IMG/VR virus record: IMGVR_UViG_3300017985_000024
Span: 1 to 50,031 of that record
DNA from: a virus
Lineage: Duplodnaviria > Caudoviricetes
Strand: one strand, 5' to 3'
Length of the DNA stretch: 50,031 nucleotides
Under the pieces are notes generated by a model. It was not told the DNA's origin, searched no databases, and saw only the letters and a list, made by a program, of their open reading frames with translations. Below are positions 35,200-45,346 of this stretch, in pieces (within the stretch, counting starts at the first letter, position 1; each line of letters starts with the position of its first letter). A program made the position numbers and the translations under genes.

Positions 35200-36210
35200 T
35201 TACGCCTTCGGGCGCGGCAACTTAATCCGCTTCTTCGTGAAGGAAATCTCGTATGCCTTCTTGCTGCTCTTGCTTGTCCAACTTCTAACGCGCTTTGCCT
35301 TTGCATCGTTGTTGTGCAAGGCGACGTACTTCCAGAGGCTAACGCTTCCGTAGTACCTCTTAGCGATATCTTGGTAATCCTCGCCCTTCTTAACCGTGTG
35401 CGCTTTTGGAACCTTTGCGGAAACAGCGTAAGCACCAGAAGCAAAAGAAACGCTCTGCTTTCTCCACCCGGAAAAAGCAATTCTCACACGGCGGTCAAAC
35501 GGAGTCCCGGCCTCTTCTCCCCATTGCACATCATCAATCCGCATATAGTCATTGAAGATGTAGTCGTTGAGTCCTTCGTAGGTTCGCCTGTTCCCAATAA
35601 CCAGACGGAAAACGTCCATGTTTGAAGCGAGGCTATCTACATACTTAATCCACCTTGCAGGGTCAACAAAGTAGTCTTGGTTGTTGATTGCAAGACAAAT
35701 TGCCGGGTCGTAACTACCCGGAAGAATCGCTTCGACAGAAATAACAGGAAGACCCTTAATCCCAGAGTGGGCAGTCCGCCCAAGGCCGATAATGTCAATC
35801 TCTTCCCAGTCGTAAGACTGCGCAACCTCGTAATTCTCCGGTGCAACAGGAAACCAAAGGCCATTTTGCGGAAGAGTCGTCTTAGTGATTGGCTCAGCAA
35901 CAATCCTGATTGACCGGGCAACAGTCTCAACGTCAACAATATTTGCCTGCTCGCCACCATATACAGGGGAACCACCAGCAAGATATTTGGCACGAGTCTG
36001 CAAAGACGCAAGAAAAGAAGCGTGAGCACGCTTGACAGCAGCAGAGGCGTTCCTGCCGGGTGCCTTTGGACCACCCCAAGGGCTGAGGTCACTGCCAGAG
36101 TTAAGAAGGTGAAGCCAAGTCCAACCACCACCGCTGGACTTCGACGGGTTCCACACAAGAATGTTTCCATTGGCAGCAGTTTGCGCCTTAACGAGATTAA
36201 GGACACTCAT
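35200..36210 (-). CDS. Tail tube initiator with LysM domain (XkdP-like)
   Basis: FPVAPE...IIGLG; HTVKKGEDYQDIAKRYYG...W..VA..N. Confidence 0.78.
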   Translation of the reverse strand: MSVLNLVKAQTAANGNILVWNPSKSSGGGWTWLHLLNSGSDLSPWGGPKAPGRNASAAVKRAHASFLASLQTRAKYLAGGSPVYGGEQANIVDVETVARSIRIVAEPITKTTLPQNGLWFPVAPENYEVAQSYDWEEIDIIGLGRTAHSGIKGLPVISVEAILPGSYDPAICLAINNQDYFVDPARWIKYVDSLASNMDVFRLVIGNRRTYEGLNDYIFNDYMRIDDVQWGEEAGTPFDRRVRIAFSGWRKQSVSFASGAYAVSAKVPKAHTVKKGEDYQDIAKRYYGSVSLWKYVALHNNDAKAKRVRSWTSKSSKKAYEISFTKKRIKLPRPKA

Positions 36211-38714
36211 GCGAGCATTGCCCCAGCATCAGCCCTTGGGACATTTGAAACTGCCCTTCTTACTGCACTTTCCAACTTGCTGACAAACGCGGACATATCT
36301 TCGCCGCTGTTAATAGTCACATTCCCAATCTGAACAAGGGGCGATGAGGTCCGCTGCCCTCGTGCGGACCCCACGCCCATTCCGGCCTCGCGCATGATTT
36401 GCTCACGACGGGCGCGGTTTGTAAGCGGGATGACTGCTTCTGGGCCACGCTCACCAAGCGTTGACAACGTAAAACCAGTGACAATTCCACCGCGGGCATT
36501 ACTTTCGCGTCCACCGGCCATACCACCGTATGGCGCCTGCCCACGCATGGTTTCAAGGTCCCTCATAATCTGAGCAACTTCAGTCTTGAAGTTCTCCAAC
36601 TCTTCTCTTGCGCCTTGCAAGAAAACCTGAGTAGACCCGCGAGCGATGCTGTTCTTGCTTTCAAGACCAGCGATGAAGTCAGAAGCGCCCTTAGCGGCGG
36701 CAGTCTGCATTTCCTTCGGCAACTTGCCGATTTCTGACATTACCTGAGTCTTAAGACCAGCAGCAGAATTCTTCGTCGCCGGAATGTCGGAAAGAATTCC
36801 CTCCACGATTCCACGACCACGATTACCGGCAGCATTAGCACCCATCATCCTTGACGCTGCCATCATCTGTGGCGTTGCCTGCTTGCCGAACGGACCTTGC
36901 CCAGAAAAATAAGTCGCCACGGGTATGCCAGCAAGCACCGTGCTTCCAACCGTCAAGGCACCGGCACCAAGAGTCCCAAACCCGGCAAATCCAGCAAAGC
37001 GTCCTGCGCCACGGAGAATGCCCCCAAGGCGCCCGCCCTTGCCAGCAGCCTTCCCTGCGGTGCCGACAACCCCTCCGGGTCCACCTCCACCACCGGCAAT
37101 CATCGTCACCGGAAGTGGGACAGGAGAAACAATCCTGACCAACTGGACGCCGCGAAGAGACTCACCGACAGTGCCGCCACCGCCGCCCGGCAAGCGCATG
37201 TTGCCCAGTCGCCCGAACCTTGCGATTGCTGAGCCAAGCCCCTTGGTAAGAAGGAACTTGACTAGCCTCCCGACGAGTCTGGTGAAAGTACCCAGACCCG
37301 GAACAATCCTGCGGAGAATAAGGAACGCCACAAAACCACTTGCGAAAGCCTTCAGAGGACCCGGAGCCTTTCTGGCAAGGTCATAAACATTGCTCGCAAA
37401 AGTTGCAAAGCGGGAAAGCCAGTCAATTACTGTTGGCCCAACGCTACGAACGATTTCTGCAAGGTCAGTGAGAAGCCGCGATACTGGGTCACCGAACTTC
37501 TCACCACCATAAGCAAGAATCTCGCCAAGGGCATCAACGAGTTCATCAAACGCATCCAGCACTGGCATGACGTTCTTGCGCGAGCGTCTTCCGATTTCTG
37601 CAAGGTTCTCGTAAATGTTCCCAAGAGACTTGGAAACACGACGCAGAATAGGCTCCATTTCATTGAAGAAGTCTCTAGTCCTTTTAAGTCCTTCTGCGCT
37701 AGTTCTGTCGTCGGCCTTGCCGCCCAGATACCTTTCAATATCTTCAAAAAGCCGTGTAGTTGCTGGTGCTGCTGCAACAATAAGACCACCAAGAATGCGT
37801 GCAAAGTGCCCAGTAGCAGCAGCAAGTGCCTCAAACTGACGAGGCAGTGGCTTGATGACGTTCATAAACAGGGAAGCGTTCCGCGGAGCGAAGAAGGAAC
37901 GCTCAAACCTCTTCTGAAGAGACTCAAACGTCGTAAGGAACTTCTCCATCGTTCCATCAAGCATCGGGAGAATCTTGGTCCCCATATCAACCATTGAGGC
38001 CATGAGGTACCCAAAGCGCTTCGTTTCGTTCTCAGAAACAACTTCGTTGAACTTCTTCTTAAGCCTCTCAAGAGAGTCAGAAAGAGCAAGTTCAGCATCG
38101 TTCATCTGAGCGCGGGTCTTTTCGGAATATTCCTTAAAGAACTTATATCCGAAAGCAAACGCTGTACCGGCGGCGAGTCCAAGAGCAGCAAAACCAGAGG
38201 CGGTCGCCGTCACCAGAAGGCCAAGAGACTGAAGGGCAGAAAAAAGCGGCCCAACCGCACCAAGTGCAGTAACCAGTAGCGCCATAATCAACTTTGACCG
38301 CAACTGAAAGTAGCGATACGTTGAAACCTGCGCACCCTTGGTGTCAACGTCTGTGCCGGGGATGCGGAGTTCTTTGCTTACCGCGTCTCCGCCCATGAGT
38401 TCCTTAGAAACCCCATCGCCGGGGACCGAGCCGCTTCTTACGGTCTTGACGCGGACGGTTGCAGTAGTCCCATCCAAACGCTTTGCAGCGCGGTGAAGTT
38501 CCGTGATTTGCGCTTCTGCGCGGGTAAAACCACGGACCTTTACGTTTATCGTGACGTTCTTCTTATCAAGCGCGTCAAGACGCCTAATAAGGTGGTTTAC
38601 TTCCCGGCGAAGACTGTTAAGGGCCTTTTCTGTTCCCTTGGCACTTCCAGCAAGCCCCTTCAACTTGCTGGACATTTCATCGCGGAGAGTAAATACTGCC
38701 TCTACGCGAGCCAT
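36207..38714 (-). CDS. Tape measure protein
   Basis: 835 aa, Ala/Gly-rich and helical; FTLRDEMSSKL start; ARGGIV...GERGPEAVIPL end; follows the chaperone. Confidence 0.88.
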   Translation of the reverse strand: MARVEAVFTLRDEMSSKLKGLAGSAKGTEKALNSLRREVNHLIRRLDALDKKNVTINVKVRGFTRAEAQITELHRAAKRLDGTTATVRVKTVRSGSVPGDGVSKELMGGDAVSKELRIPGTDVDTKGAQVSTYRYFQLRSKLIMALLVTALGAVGPLFSALQSLGLLVTATASGFAALGLAAGTAFAFGYKFFKEYSEKTRAQMNDAELALSDSLERLKKKFNEVVSENETKRFGYLMASMVDMGTKILPMLDGTMEKFLTTFESLQKRFERSFFAPRNASLFMNVIKPLPRQFEALAAATGHFARILGGLIVAAAPATTRLFEDIERYLGGKADDRTSAEGLKRTRDFFNEMEPILRRVSKSLGNIYENLAEIGRRSRKNVMPVLDAFDELVDALGEILAYGGEKFGDPVSRLLTDLAEIVRSVGPTVIDWLSRFATFASNVYDLARKAPGPLKAFASGFVAFLILRRIVPGLGTFTRLVGRLVKFLLTKGLGSAIARFGRLGNMRLPGGGGGTVGESLRGVQLVRIVSPVPLPVTMIAGGGGGPGGVVGTAGKAAGKGGRLGGILRGAGRFAGFAGFGTLGAGALTVGSTVLAGIPVATYFSGQGPFGKQATPQMMAASRMMGANAAGNRGRGIVEGILSDIPATKNSAAGLKTQVMSEIGKLPKEMQTAAAKGASDFIAGLESKNSIARGSTQVFLQGAREELENFKTEVAQIMRDLETMRGQAPYGGMAGGRESNARGGIVTGFTLSTLGERGPEAVIPLTNRARREQIMREAGMGVGSARGQRTSSPLVQIGNVTINSGEDMSAFVSKLESAVRRAVSNVPRADAGAMLA

Positions 38715-38936
38715 TTAAAGACCAGTCCCCAACTTCGCAAGGTCTTCCTCGCGCTGGTTCAAAACAATAGCGCAAGCAAGATAGAACGCCTGAAGGCGAC
38801 GCGGGTTTGGCGGGGGCGGGAGCGTCCCGTCGTCACCAATTATCGGCATGTTGTAAAACCGGTACAGGTCTGTCACTCCCCACCTCAATAGGGCACATAA
38901 TGCCCCAGCAAGGCCCCCCGCCTCAATCAGTTTTTT
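38715..38936 (-). CDS. Tail assembly chaperone extension via programmed -1 frameshift
   Basis: Slippery A-AAA-AAC (38936-38930) just before TGA; -1 frame reads KLIEAGGLAG...RRLQAFYLAC...LGTGL* and ends on the base before the tape-measure ATG. Confidence 0.85.
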   Translation of the reverse strand, partial: KKLIEAGGLAGALCALLRWGVTDLYRFYNMPIIGDDGTLPPPPNPRRLQAFYLACAIVLNQREEDLAKLGTGL

Positions 38937-39352
38937 GCCTGAGTTACCGCATCGTCCCCGGCACCAGAAAGGTCCATGACCTCTTCACCAACCCGCATTA
39001 CCTCAAATGGCTTCATAACCGACTTAACAATCTCTGCCGGGGTTACAAAGCCACCGTACTTCTCTGAAAACTTCTCAATGACCTCTGGACTAGAAAGGTC
39101 AGGGTCAACCATTGCGATACCAACAACCTCAGCATTGGTATCAATAGGAGAAAGATTCTTTGACTGCGAACGCTGCTGAACAGTTTCCATTTCGCGGTCG
39201 CTGACCTCGCGAATCGTGATATCCGCACCAAGAGACTTGATGTGGAGGACACGAGTCGCCTTTTCGCGGTCAGGGTCGGCTGAAAGAAACGCATCAAGTG
39301 CCGTATCTTCGGACTCGTGCTGAATTTCAACCGGGGAATCACCAGAGGGCAT
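38927..39352 (-). CDS. Tail assembly chaperone (XkdN-like)
   Basis: ITIREVS...MVDPDL...PFEV..VGEEVMDLSG...AKN. Confidence 0.82.
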   Translation of the reverse strand: MPSGDSPVEIQHESEDTALDAFLSADPDREKATRVLHIKSLGADITIREVSDREMETVQQRSQSKNLSPIDTNAEVVGIAMVDPDLSSPEVIEKFSEKYGGFVTPAEIVKSVMKPFEVMRVGEEVMDLSGAGDDAVTQAKN

Positions 39353-39373
39353 GGTGTCTCCTTATAGTTCGGA

Positions 39374-39395
39374 GTGGGGGGGTTTCCCCCCCCAC
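39374..39395 (-). terminator. Hairpin after the tail tube gene
   Basis: GTGGGGGGG-GAAA-CCCCCCCAC on the minus strand; a T-tract lies only on the + strand side. Confidence 0.6.
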
Positions 39396-39407
39396 ATTTT
39401 TAGATAA

Positions 39408-39929
39408 TCAAGCGTCAGGAACGTACTGCGGAATGCTGTAGCCCGGAGGCGCAGTAATCGGCTGGCTGCGCTCAATACCCCAGAAGTTGAAAGGCATATC
39501 GCGGTTAATAAGGTCAGCGACCTGAAACCCACCAGTCATAGAAAAGAACTGCACACCCTTAAGCGTCGTGCGCTCCGCCTTGCTCTGAAGGGCATTCGGG
39601 TCGTTCAACTCAACAGTCATCGTAAAAGACGGGAAAGCCTTCACGCCAGCGTCGCGGTCGGCGCGAAGTGCAGCAACCGAACGCGATGCGTAATCAACGA
39701 CGAAGTCCTCCCACACCGAATAAACCTTCAGCAAGTTGAGAGTACCAGTGCCGGTCACGCGGCCCGGCATCTGCCGGGTCCAGCGAGCACCGACCTGATT
39801 GACTTCAACCTGCTCAACCTCAACAGTGAACTCAATCCCAGTAGCCTCAGCAACAACCTGCGACCCGACGTACAACTCACCGAACCTGCCGTGAATCGGG
39901 TAAACATCAGGAATTGGATTAGTAGACAT
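39408..39929 (-). CDS. Tail tube protein (XkdM-like)
   Basis: IHGRFGELY...GTGTLNLLKV...LNDP...ERTTLKGVQF...DMPFNF. Confidence 0.85.
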   Translation of the reverse strand: MSTNPIPDVYPIHGRFGELYVGSQVVAEATGIEFTVEVEQVEVNQVGARWTRQMPGRVTGTGTLNLLKVYSVWEDFVVDYASRSVAALRADRDAGVKAFPSFTMTVELNDPNALQSKAERTTLKGVQFFSMTGGFQVADLINRDMPFNFWGIERSQPITAPPGYSIPQYVPDA

Positions 39930-39945
39930 TCTCTAGTGCCTCCCG

Positions 39946-41388
39946 TTAGGCCGGAATCGCGATTCGGCCAAGAATCTGCTCAATGCCGGGGGCCATATCA
40001 ATCGCGAATACGATGTACAGTGACTCGCCCGTGTTGTCATAGGCGGGGTCCAAATAGATAGACCCACCGGGCAGTGCGATACCGCGCTGCACCAGTTCCT
40101 CCAACTTCGCACGGAACATCGCGACAACCGAATCGCGGCCCGCCTCCGTGTTAACCGTCCCGGCAACGCCCAGAAGGCTGTTAGCAACAGCATCCAGACC
40201 GCGAAGCGTCTCCTGAACCTTTCGCACGAAAAGAAGCGACTTAAACTTCTCAGGCTTCGTGCTGCTGGTCGTACGAAGAGTGGTGCGCCCGCGCTGCAAG
40301 CGAACAGTGTTGCCGTCGTAGAAGAACGGCACAACCGACGCCCGGACAAGTGACTCAATCTCAGCGTTGGTGGGAGCACTCTCCATGCTTGCGCCCGGAA
40401 TCTGCGAAAACGAAACAGAGCGGAAAGCACCAGCAGATGCGATAATCCCGGCAACCCGAGAAGTCATATCTGCCGACTTATGCGAGACGGAATCAATCGT
40501 AACATCGCCAAAGATGTTCACCGAATATGCGCTGTCAGCATTGGCCGTGCGCGTAATCGCAGTTGAAGAAGCCTCATCAGCGGCGCCCCCGATTACCACC
40601 ACGAAGGTCTTCCCTTCGCTGTTCAGGCGGTCAGCCCAAGCGGTATAAGTCCCGGTAATTGTCGGGTCGGTAAGGCCGTGGACAGCAAACGCGCTGAAGT
40701 TTGCTGAAGCCTCAAATGCCGACTGAGCAGAAGTGTGCTCAGCACCCGTCAAAGAAGACCCAGAGTTACCGCCGGTAAAGTCAGCGTTGCTCACGTTAGC
40801 CAGAGGCGACGCAGTAGAAGTTGCCACCGCAGTCATAAGAACTGACTGCTGGTTAATAAGGGCAACAATGTCATCAATGTCAGCGGGCACAACAGCGACG
40901 TAAGACTCGCGAAGGGTCGTACCCTCATAAAGAAGGATATCCTTCTTAGCCGCGTCCGCAGCATTTGCCTGAACCGTCACAGAAAAGTCGTTTCCGCGAG
41001 TGCCCTCATAAAGAGCAGTCAGGGTGATTGCGGTGGTTGCCGGGCTGGCACTGTTCTCAAGCGCAAGCGTTGCCTTCGCAGCAGAAGAAGTGGCTGCGCG
41101 GTAAACACGCACCGTCGTTGCTCCGCCACGACCCGGAAGCCCTTCGCCAAGAAGCGCCCCGGTAATTGCGAACTCAGCATCCGAGCCGGACTCGTAGTAG
41201 GCAGAAGCCTCGCTTGCCGACTGGATGTTAGTAATTGTGTTGGCCGGACCCCAGTCCGCCGTGACGACAAGCCCAACGACCCCAGAAGAGTCAATAACGG
41301 GTGCCGTCGCGGGAACGGTGTCCACGTTGACGAACAGACCCGCACGCTGTGGCGGGTCAACGCTAGACCAAGTCCCTCCGAGAGGCAT
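39946..41388 (-). CDS. Tail sheath protein (XkdK-like)
   Basis: GGTW...RAGLFVN, ADWGP, ALYEGTRGNDFSV, VAGIIA, NTEAGR motifs. Confidence 0.9.
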   Translation of the reverse strand: MPLGGTWSSVDPPQRAGLFVNVDTVPATAPVIDSSGVVGLVVTADWGPANTITNIQSASEASAYYESGSDAEFAITGALLGEGLPGRGGATTVRVYRAATSSAAKATLALENSASPATTAITLTALYEGTRGNDFSVTVQANAADAAKKDILLYEGTTLRESYVAVVPADIDDIVALINQQSVLMTAVATSTASPLANVSNADFTGGNSGSSLTGAEHTSAQSAFEASANFSAFAVHGLTDPTITGTYTAWADRLNSEGKTFVVVIGGAADEASSTAITRTANADSAYSVNIFGDVTIDSVSHKSADMTSRVAGIIASAGAFRSVSFSQIPGASMESAPTNAEIESLVRASVVPFFYDGNTVRLQRGRTTLRTTSSTKPEKFKSLLFVRKVQETLRGLDAVANSLLGVAGTVNTEAGRDSVVAMFRAKLEELVQRGIALPGGSIYLDPAYDNTGESLYIVFAIDMAPGIEQILGRIAIPA

Positions 41389-41392
41389 CTAT

Positions 41393-41653
41393 TTAACCCT
41401 CCTGCTTCACTGGCCGTTGCATGAACTTATTAATCTCAAGGATTACCTGCTCGCGATTGTACGGACCACTGCCTGCCAAAGAAAGAGCGGCACGCACAAC
41501 TTCGGGTGGGTAACCGGTAGCCTCATATGCCGCGTTTACCCAAACCTCAACGCCAAGAGCGTTGGGGCTAACAGTCTTCTTCTGCGACTTCTTCTTAACC
41601 GGCTGCTCTTCCTGTGCGGCGGCAGCCTCATCGCCGTTAGTCAATTTCCACAT
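41393..41653 (-). CDS. YqzN/YkzM-like small tail-region protein
   Basis: GYPPEVVRAAL...YNREQV...INKFMQRPV; start may be the TTG at 41644. Confidence 0.6.
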   Translation of the reverse strand: MWKLTNGDEAAAAQEEQPVKKKSQKKTVSPNALGVEVWVNAAYEATGYPPEVVRAALSLAGSGPYNREQVILEINKFMQRPVKQEG

Positions 41654-42176
41654 CCTTGTAGATGTTCTGAATCACAGTCGGTGCCGAAATTGTGTGAGCG
41701 TTTACTGTACTTACAGTGTAACGGAAATCTACTGGAATAGAATACAATCCCGATTCGTCTCTTACCATCTGGCCGCTGACTGATGCGTTGTCAATGTTTA
41801 TGACAAATCGCGTTGCAGAAGGCGAATTTGGGGTTGACCAATCGTAAATTGGAATACCCCCAAAATATTCTTCGTTCCCCCGCGTCAAAGACTGAACAAT
41901 CCAGTCAAGAGCAGAACGAGCCTCGCCTTCAATAAACGGGATATCGTCTGAATCTGTCCCGAACCAGACAAGCGTCATTGACCTGTTGGAAATAACGGCA
42001 TGGCCGTTTTTTTCCATCCCTGCCGTAACCAAGACAAGTCGAACGCTTGGGCGAATAAAACCGCCCTCATACTCGTTAATTCTAAATTCATCAGGGCACT
42101 CTGTATAGGTGCGAAGATTCCTGCGAAGAGAGCGCATTTCGTGCTCAATCTGGTCTTTTGGCCATGCGTCAGGCAC
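41637..42176 (-). CDS. Tail terminator/completion protein
   Basis: Position upstream of the sheath; GFIRPSVRL motif. Confidence 0.6.
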   Translation of the reverse strand: MPDAWPKDQIEHEMRSLRRNLRTYTECPDEFRINEYEGGFIRPSVRLVLVTAGMEKNGHAVISNRSMTLVWFGTDSDDIPFIEGEARSALDWIVQSLTRGNEEYFGGIPIYDWSTPNSPSATRFVINIDNASVSGQMVRDESGLYSIPVDFRYTVSTVNAHTISAPTVIQNIYKDVEID

Positions 42177-42681
42177 TCTTCACCGCCCTAAACCCGTGCT
42201 TCTTTGCTTCCATAACCACAAAATTATTCATTCTGTTTGGAAGGTATCGCTCTAGGGCATCAGCGCCCTTGGCGAACATATGTGCGCCAGCAGAACCGGG
42301 GTGCATGACATATCGGGTAACCACCTTCTTCCCCTTCTTCTTCCAAAAGAAAGAAAGAAGGTTTCCTCGCTTACCAGTAATTATGTAGCGAGAACCCTTT
42401 GGGCCATGAATTCCGGTGTCCCACTCAACCCACGGCGCGTACTTAACGTCAGTCTTAACAGTAAACCTAGCCGTGTACTTTGTGGACTTAGGCCCAACGA
42501 TGTAATACGAGTCGCGCAGGTGAGTTGCGTTGTCTTCTCCGATTGGCGTTTCTGAACGAATTTCGTCCTTTAGCCAGTCAGCGTTTTTTGCACCAAACTC
42601 CGTATAGTCAGAGGCGAACGTCCGCGAAAAGTCGTTGAGCGCCTTTGAAACACTCCCGTTAATAACTGCGCCACTAATCAA
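42169..42681 (-). CDS. HK97 gp10-like neck/tail-completion protein
   Basis: ETPIG...HLRDS...VKYAPWVEWDTG...VMHPG. Confidence 0.78.
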   Translation of the reverse strand: MISGAVINGSVSKALNDFSRTFASDYTEFGAKNADWLKDEIRSETPIGEDNATHLRDSYYIVGPKSTKYTARFTVKTDVKYAPWVEWDTGIHGPKGSRYIITGKRGNLLSFFWKKKGKKVVTRYVMHPGSAGAHMFAKGADALERYLPNRMNNFVVMEAKKHGFRAVKSA

Positions 42682-43064
42682 TATTCATCCACCTGAACAA
42701 GGCGCATGTATTGAAGGAGTTCTTCTCCTTCGCGGTTGCGGGGAATCTGATTAGACAAGACCTCCCACATCCCAAGGTCTGTATAGGTCCCGTTGTAGCC
42801 GGTCTGCAACTCAATGCGGTCAGACGGCTTAATCTCAATTCTTGTCCCTGATGGGTCAAGGAGAGAGCAAGTGACTTCACGAATATCCTGAATCTTCTTA
42901 GGCCGGTTCCCATCGGTCGCCTCGCCAGCATCGCGCGGTGGAACGCGGGCAGGAATCCAGTCGGAGCGGGTCTTGTTAACCCGCGTCTCTCCTTCTACGC
43001 GAGGGCCGGTAACGCTTCGATAGACGCGAAGCCGGTCACCCCAAATATCAAGACTCAGAGCCAT
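42678..43064 (-). CDS. Head closure/head-tail adaptor
   Basis: Position; WIPARV...IKPSDRIEL...WEV beta-barrel pattern. Confidence 0.62.
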   Translation of the reverse strand: MALSLDIWGDRLRVYRSVTGPRVEGETRVNKTRSDWIPARVPPRDAGEATDGNRPKKIQDIREVTCSLLDPSGTRIEIKPSDRIELQTGYNGTYTDLGMWEVLSNQIPRNREGEELLQYMRLVQVDEY

Positions 43065-43588
43065 TAATCCAACATATCCCGCTCAATACCATAAAGCGGA
43101 ACAACTTCATCGGTGTGCTCAAACGCAATGCTTGGCTCGTAAGTCATAGTGAGCGAACGAATCGCAGCATCGCGTGCCTCCTGCGTAGCGATAAGGTGAA
43201 GAACCTCATCAAGCGGCTTCCAAGGGTTATAGCGATAATCACGCTGGTCACCATTCTTGGAAGACTGCGCGGCGGCACGAGTCTCTGAATAACCGGGAAC
43301 AGAAAATGACTGGACGCCAGAAATGGCTCCAAAAATGTCAGCGTATGTCCCCTTCTGCTGAGCAGACTGCTGAACAACGCGCAACTTAACGGCGTAATTC
43401 ACAAGAGGCTCAAGGTCGCCCGTATATTCATCAAGGTCACGACCAGAAACCTGCTCAACGTAGACCCACGCAAGCGCAATCTCTGCGGTGAGAGGGTCAT
43501 CCCCAGAAGACGGGGCCGGGAGCGAGAACGTCCCGGCCCAGTCAATCCGGGTGTCAGCCCGGAGGGTTGCTGCCGTTGGCTTATCCAC
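43064..43588 (-). CDS. Head-tail connector protein
   Basis: IALAWVYVEQVSGR...QSFSVPGYSET; follows the capsid module. Confidence 0.65.
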   Translation of the reverse strand: MDKPTAATLRADTRIDWAGTFSLPAPSSGDDPLTAEIALAWVYVEQVSGRDLDEYTGDLEPLVNYAVKLRVVQQSAQQKGTYADIFGAISGVQSFSVPGYSETRAAAQSSKNGDQRDYRYNPWKPLDEVLHLIATQEARDAAIRSLTMTYEPSIAFEHTDEVVPLYGIERDMLD

Positions 43589-43606
43589 AAACCCTCCTTG
43601 GGCTAA

Positions 43607-43903
43607 CTACTTAATAGGGTGCTCAACCGCCTTCTTCGACCCATCGTTGAAAACAACCGTCAAGACGGCCTTCTCAAGAATCGGGTCGCCGTCAACGTCA
43701 AGCGGGGCACGAAACCCATATCCAGCAATGTCAGAAACATCACACTTAATGGTGTCCGCTGCGTCACGCGCACTGAACTGCTCCTTAGTACGAGCAACGC
43801 GAGGCCACACAGAAGCCTTCCTGTGGAGGGGGAGAGGGGTGGACGCCTCCTGCGAGGCGTCCACGACCTTCTCATCCACCTTAAGAGTCTTCTTGGGCGG
43901 CAT
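43607..43903 (-). CDS. Hypothetical protein
   Basis: TAATG coupling with the capsid stop. Confidence 0.6.
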   Translation of the reverse strand: MPPKKTLKVDEKVVDASQEASTPLPLHRKASVWPRVARTKEQFSARDAADTIKCDVSDIAGYGFRAPLDVDGDPILEKAVLTVVFNDGSKKAVEHPIK

Positions 43904-44922
43904 TAAGCGACCGCCGACTTCACGGCACCGCGCCAGTCAATAATCGCGGTTCCCCACTCGTGGCGGACCTTGTACTCAATGGTGTCAAACTCCATCGAAT
44001 ACGGGTCGTTACCACCAAGCACAAGACGCATACCGGGGTCCTTCAGCATGGTCTGCGGCTCGCGCTGACCATTCAGGAACCCGACACCCAGCACCGGAGC
44101 GTCCGCCGGGTTGGCGAACAGATACCAGTCGTTGGCGTCAGTGAAGTAGCGGTCAACGATGTAATCAACGTAACCGCGCATGACGTTCGCGTTACCCTCA
44201 CCGTAAGCGGGGGTACTAGCGGCACCCTGAATCGTAATCTCAACCGAATTCAGGATACGACGGGCGGTAATCTCAAGACCACCCGGAATCACCAGCATAT
44301 CGGCAGCAACCATAATCGGGTTACCGTTGTCATCCGTCTGCTGGTTCATCAGAAGAGCAGCAGACGCCAGCGACGACTCCGACAGCGCACCCGAAAGAAG
44401 GTTGCTGTGGTCGGCGTGGAAAAGCGCGGTGCCATCGTAAGCGTTGCCGTTGCCCTCAAGCGCAGCCACAACCGAACGGTTGAGGGTGCGGGCAGCAGCG
44501 CGGCCAAGGCGACCCGGCGTGTCCCGAAGGAGGCCAAGGTCGTCGTTGATGAGCGCCTTACGCGAAATGCTGAACAGACGGCCATAGGTCGAAACCGTCA
44601 TGGTCGGTCCAACACGCTCGCTAATCTGCGAGTCCTTGTACTCGCCACCCTCATCGAAGGGCAGGAGGTCCTGACCCTCAGTGAGGCCGTACATCGAAAG
44701 CGGCTTAAAGTCCGGCACGTTGTACGAGGTGGTGTAGCGGTTCCAGTAGGCAGGAGCCTCCCGGTAAACCTTCATCAGTCGCTTGCCGACGACGTTGTTG
44801 AGGTAGTTAGCGAAATCGGTCGAAGAACCGCTCTCGCGCAACTCAGCAGCGTTGTCGCTCTCGGCCCAATCAAGGTACGCCTCAAAAAGGCGGACCTCAC
44901 GGGGCCACGAACCAGTACGCAT
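43903..44922 (-). CDS. Major capsid protein (Mu gpT-like)
   Basis: STDF, VPDFK, EGGEYK, TYGRLFSISRKALINDDLG, LFHADHSNL, IDWRGAVKS. Confidence 0.92.
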   Translation of the reverse strand: MRTGSWPREVRLFEAYLDWAESDNAAELRESGSSTDFANYLNNVVGKRLMKVYREAPAYWNRYTTSYNVPDFKPLSMYGLTEGQDLLPFDEGGEYKDSQISERVGPTMTVSTYGRLFSISRKALINDDLGLLRDTPGRLGRAAARTLNRSVVAALEGNGNAYDGTALFHADHSNLLSGALSESSLASAALLMNQQTDDNGNPIMVAADMLVIPGGLEITARRILNSVEITIQGAASTPAYGEGNANVMRGYVDYIVDRYFTDANDWYLFANPADAPVLGVGFLNGQREPQTMLKDPGMRLVLGGNDPYSMEFDTIEYKVRHEWGTAIIDWRGAVKSAVA

Positions 44923-44951
44923 TATTCGTTACTCCTTCCGTGTCCCCGCGA

Positions 44952-45326
44952 CTACGAAGCCGCGTCGTTCTGATGGGCCAGAATGACCCACATCTTTCCA
45001 GAAGCAGGCTCCTTCAAGTAGGTGCCCGTGTCGCTGGCACCCGGCACAGCCGAAACCTTGCCAAAGATGCGCTTACCGGCAGCCGCAGAAAGCGTCAAAG
45101 CGCCGGTAGCGTCAGTGATGTACACCGTCGAACCCTGAACAGACGAACTCACGAAGTCAACCTCGTGCTCGCCGGTAATGTGCAGCGAGTACGACCCGCC
45201 AATGGCGGCAGTGTTGGCAACAATGCCGTGAAAGCCGCCCTCAACCTTCGGGCTACCAGCAGTGACCGCCGCTGCCGCAGACTTAATGCGGACGACGCTA
45301 CCGGTGCCACGGTAATTCTTAGCCAT
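44952..45326 (-). CDS. Capsid cement/decoration protein (DUF2190-like)
   Basis: MAKNYRGTG...VTAGSP...GIV...GSTVY...FGKV. Confidence 0.75.
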   Translation of the reverse strand: MAKNYRGTGSVVRIKSAAAAVTAGSPKVEGGFHGIVANTAAIGGSYSLHITGEHEVDFVSSSVQGSTVYITDATGALTLSAAAGKRIFGKVSAVPGASDTGTYLKEPASGKMWVILAHQNDAAS

Positions 45327-45346
45327 GTGTGGCTACCCCTTCCTGT

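Noticed and set aside
43960-44973. 337-aa + strand ORF antisense to the major capsid gene (similarly 45329..46075, 15060..15848, 2788..3453)
   Set aside because: Shadow ORFs expected from biased codon usage of the real genes; no recognisable motifs
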